Shown here piece by piece: positions 60,701-64,000 of a DNA stretch of 64,000 nt. Source of the DNA: Tubulanus polymorphus. Taxonomy: Eukaryota > Animalia > Nemertea. The notes beneath the pieces were generated by a model. It searched no databases. It saw nothing but the letters and a program-made list of their open reading frames with translations, and had not been told where the DNA came from. Each line of letters opens with the position of its first letter. Within the stretch, counting starts at the first letter, position 1. The stretch is from assembly GCF_964204645.1 (NCBI RefSeq), contig NC_134025.1, forward strand, positions 10,106,001 to 10,170,000. The letters are read 5' to 3'. The position numbers and the translations under genes are program-made.

Positions 60701-63700
60701 AAATGTGTATGCATCACAGTAACAACTTTAGGGAGTGTATACCCGAGTATCGGATAATCTTGCACATCAAGAAATTCTACGATCTACAAAAAGTCGATAA
60801 GCTCTATCATGTAACATGCCAGTAACAATGAGTACGTATTTCGATTTCATGATCAAAATATCATGAGGTTGATCTAAATGACTCGATGCGATGTACTACC
60901 TGGTTAAGCCAATTGAATTCTGGTTTTGTCATGACGTGGTGTAATGTTGCTCCGCGGGCACCAACAGCAACCAAAAATTCCTAAAATTACAAGTAATAAA
61001 TGAATATTCTATGGAAAAAACAAAATTCCTTATAAGTTGCTAGTTAGTTGACGTACAAAATCATAAGCTAAGAGATAAGAAAAGCCAACTGGGAACTGGT
61101 AACTAATGTCACCATTAAAGTGATATTTCACACAGAGATTTCAGCAGCCAGGGAAAGCAGAGATCTTTTCTGGTCTCTGATAACCTTAGTAATGAGCAGG
61201 AAAAGCAGAATTTCTTGATCTAACATCAAATGTAAATATTGCAAGTACATGTATATAAAACTTATATGCATTACTGGGAGATATGTACTGCACTGTAGTG
61301 TACTTTGCCAAATGGGGCACTGGTATCAAGAAATATATATTTACCCAAAATTTCTTAGCGTTTAAAAATTACCTTTACATTGCTGAATGACTCCATAGAT
61401 ATTTTCATGGCGATTGACAGCATATCGAGACTGTCTCCTCCCATACCGACTGATCCGGATAATTTAGTGTACACTCCGGGTTCAGACGGATATATGGTTG
61501 GTTCCAGATAGGACGGACGGGCGAGAGAAGCTCGTTCGATTACTGGGATTTCTTTGACTATGTCAACATTACCTGAAAAAGAGTTATACTATCAATTAGA
61601 ATATGAATATGGAATAATCGACCGTGCCTCACAAGGACATTCCTAACATAGATCAATTTCCAGCTAAAACGTTTCATTTCTACAATACCTAAAGCAGGTT
61701 GCCACCCTATAAATGCTAAGTCAAACAGCTGTGAACTCAAGACTTCTATTACATGTAGTTGATTTATGATTCTGATATGATGGTTTTTTCTGTGATTAAT
61801 AAAGGGTGGCAATGATGGAGGGCAATGATAAGGTTTACTGAAGCCTTTATCAAAATATAAGAAGAGGAAGAAGTATTTGATCGTACCATTATGAAAGAGA
61901 GCGGCTCTATTTGCCTGGATACACACAAATTGAAGGTCTGGATCGCCGTTATACGACACTACAGCGAATAACATTCCATCTCCGACATCTAACATCAATT
62001 GGCCATGTTTCTCCGTGCTTATCTTGCCTTCTTCATCCTAGATCAGTTTGAAAATTATATTTTTAGAAAAATGGCGCCAACGAATACTACGATGATACTT
62101 CGAAGAATACTGCAGAACTTCATTTCTGTATGAGGGATTATTCAATCAGAATGTTAATAGTCAACACATGGGGAAGAAAGTTAGAATGCTCTAATGAACA
62201 TTTCGCTTAGATATATGAAAAACAAAAAGAGATTATTCATTGAGTAAGGAGATGAGGAAGTCAGTTAGATTTTTTTCCAAAATAGTCCATTTAGATACGA
62301 AAGACAAAATCCAGATTAATCATTAATCAAGAAAGAGCGAGACAGAAAATCAAGAACTGTTGTAACTTAATGGGAAAAGTATTCATCAGTGTTTATACAA
62401 AAAAGAAACAAGCATTTTCTTTTGTGGGGCCCTGAGAAACAAGCATTTTCTTTTGTGTACATTATACATGATGCCTAAAACTATTATGTCACTGGAGTTT
62501 TGGATTAAGATTTGTAAGTGATGGCTTATAGAAATTGATCTACTAGGTATTCATATCATCAGATATGGTACTTAAAATGAAACGATATTCCTCTATATTA
62601 CTTAGAACTTACTTTTAAAGGCAAACCGACAGTGATCTTTCCATGGCCGATATTCAGCGTAACGCACAGTTGACTTTGACATTGCATTTGTTCGAGTCGT
62701 TGCTTTCGCCGAATCTTGTGATACTGGTCGTGGATCGTGTAGTGGCCAGAATTACTCTCAGAGTCTGAATCTGAATCTGTAAAATGTTGGAATAACATTT
62801 ACGAATTTCAACAATTTCAGATATCACAAATGATAAAACATTTGACCGGATATATGGAAACATCACTTTTCTAAGTATGAGATTTTTTGCATTTTCACAC
62901 TGTCTTCATGAAAATCATCAGTTTTCGAAAAAAAATCTAAGCAGAAGTAAAGAATAGTAAGCTATAATATAATGTAATATGTATGCTATAAAACCTTCAT
63001 TGTCGAAACGCTTACCATATTGAATGCCCGATTTGCACATGATGAATCGTTCATCCAAGGCATCGGGCTGCATAAGTTGAGTGGCAAGGTCCACACTGTA
63101 AGGTGGCAGAGAATAAGCGAACTGCTCCTGAGGATCAATAGGAGCAGGAGCCTGCGGTTCCCATAATAACAAATCACTGTTAATTCTGCAAAAAATTAAA
63201 TACAAACTCTTGAACAAAAACCGAGTTTTCTGTGGACATATGATCAATGCGGATATCTCTTATCTAATATCCATCTACAGACTTGAAATAAGCTAGTCAT
63301 ACCAAATATACGTATTCCATCAGTCTCCCCAGCAGGGATTTGAACCTGATGGCATCGCGACTCGCCACAGTACAAAACCCTGCTACAGTAGCCCGAGGGC
63401 ACAGCTACATGCGCGGCTTAGATGATGTCATTACTTGCCGATCAGAAATCCTATTTTATTTTAGCCCCAGTTTTACCATTCATAGTTTATCCGTGAAATT
63501 TGCTTCAGCGATTATAAAACAGGCAATCTGATCGGTGCTGCAGCAAACCTGCACGTGTAACTGCTCACCCAGTCTAGTGTGCCAAGGTTTTGTGCCATGC
63601 CCGAGACAAGCAATGCCATCGGGTTCGATTCCCTGCCAAGTGAAGACAGTATCTCGTATTGATCTGTACCTGTTATACAGCAGCTCGTAGAAATCTCGAT

Positions 63701-63984
63701 CTGGTAGCAGTATATTGATATTCGGAGCCGTTATTTCCAACGACATGCGCGTATTGCTCAGCGATTTCTCCTGGAATTCTTGCATCTCCTGTCGATCGCC
63801 GGGCATGACCATCTCTTCATTTTCGTACAGCACGCGCTTCGTCGAGAACGGCGACGGCTCCGGTTTGTTCTTTGCGAACTGGCACGCGCCGTCAAGCGAG
63901 TCGTGCGGTGTATTGTCCTCGGAATCGATGTCCGGATCTTCGAGCACCGACGCTCCTCTTTTAGGTAGCATGTGTACAACAAGC
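51787..63984 (-). CDS. ATG2: Autophagy-related protein 2 (lipid transfer protein), 5'-partial
   Basis: Minus-strand exons 63984-63670, 63185-63016, 62776-62613, 62037-61887, 61572-61373, 60980-60900, 60783-60677, 60274-60182, 60085-60015, 59918-59851, 59143-58985, 58486-58115, 57817-57443, 56932-56765, 56286-56185, 55980-55700, 55604-55535, 55403-55321, 55240-55119, 55029-54875, 54531-54385, 52020-51787. Motifs WHLYGGKDF, LEIRDRLVSSQINKFLY, PLRLNIDQDAL, VPIRLDYHGK, QPSDIREG, GAVGGVLRQIPP, SNVLGGMRNQLLPDAKKEQEEKWK. Confidence 0.95.
52643..53896 (+). CDS. Class A (rhodopsin-like) GPCR with uninterrupted ORF, FMRFamide-receptor/Srw-like; nested antisense in the last ATG2 intron
   Basis: 417-aa ORF with seven hydrophobic segments: TM1 GFILNAITI, TM2 YLITLGISD, TM3 IAIAIERYVAI, TM5 AIPVLFVIVFS, TM6 FLIMITP, TM7 MNFFIYL, helix 8 FRTAF and a Cys-rich tail. 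Confidence 0.88.
   Translation: MMTSSTNTTVVTTITSQTTDSRIYWCMFWDRKPRILLRSRPIGFTLGRILRLLIRLIGFILNAITIVLLFKCQRQRSVRTTFIYLITLGISDEIVVLCELRDFWFDIFNFLVKTLRLYANRCRLLQKEFFHAKPSCPFYRFHYFMTIIPKFKIPQFHPYFEDPAQSFSNWIIIAIAIERYVAIRAPFFHRRHYTTRVRAFVTTLVLFISYAQNAEQIAFKMIRIDRYIASRNLTLSLWLMSPISRNRKLTYFTQVPRSLIQDAIPVLFVIVFSLLTAATMRNRSRGVALISSDNKLSKTASKTLLCVILMFLIMITPVTVTWNLGNIANGLRYLLYNDKKRQWTKTFAYAMLFMYTYPNMINQFARILRRAVHFMNFFIYLYTLPVFRTAFIELFQICHCGCKCRRSNCPNFRRKEK
59378..59649. mobile_element. piggyBac-like MITE
   Basis: TTAA|ccctttcagt...actgaaaggg|TTAA, 272 bp, non-coding, in an ATG2 intron. Confidence 0.82.
63321..63649. mobile_element. Palindromic composite element with tRNA-like B-box in both arms
   Basis: Outer arms cagtctccccagcagggatttgaacctgatggcatcgc / gcaatgccatcgggttcgattccctgccaagtgaagacag; inner arms cctgctacagtagcccgag / ccagtctagtgtgccaagg. 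Confidence 0.7.
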
Positions 63985-64000
63985 CTATAACAAACACCGC

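Overview
Animal genomic DNA with many GT-AG introns, AT-rich, probably a lophotrochozoan invertebrate (inference). From left to right: the 3' part of an Ena/VASP gene (+); an intact, very young BEL/Pao LTR retrotransposon (identical 195-bp LTRs, 5-bp TSD, tRNA-His PBS), apparently inside the 5'-UTR intron of lamin B receptor; LBR (+); serine palmitoyltransferase 2 (+); a 1.45-kb non-autonomous TIR transposon; a highly divergent PRD-class Q50 homeobox gene (+); and the 3' part of ATG2 (-), whose last intron holds an antisense class A GPCR with an uninterrupted ORF. Introns carry many MITEs. The most notable signals are the divergent homeobox with co-repressor-like motifs, a Penelope-type hammerhead ribozyme cassette in an SPTLC2 intron, the fresh LTR insertion in LBR, the nested GPCR, Ena-LBR microsynteny as in human, a Mena11a-like candidate cassette exon, and palindromic elements carrying Pol III B-boxes. 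All gene models were spliced by eye and no database search was run.
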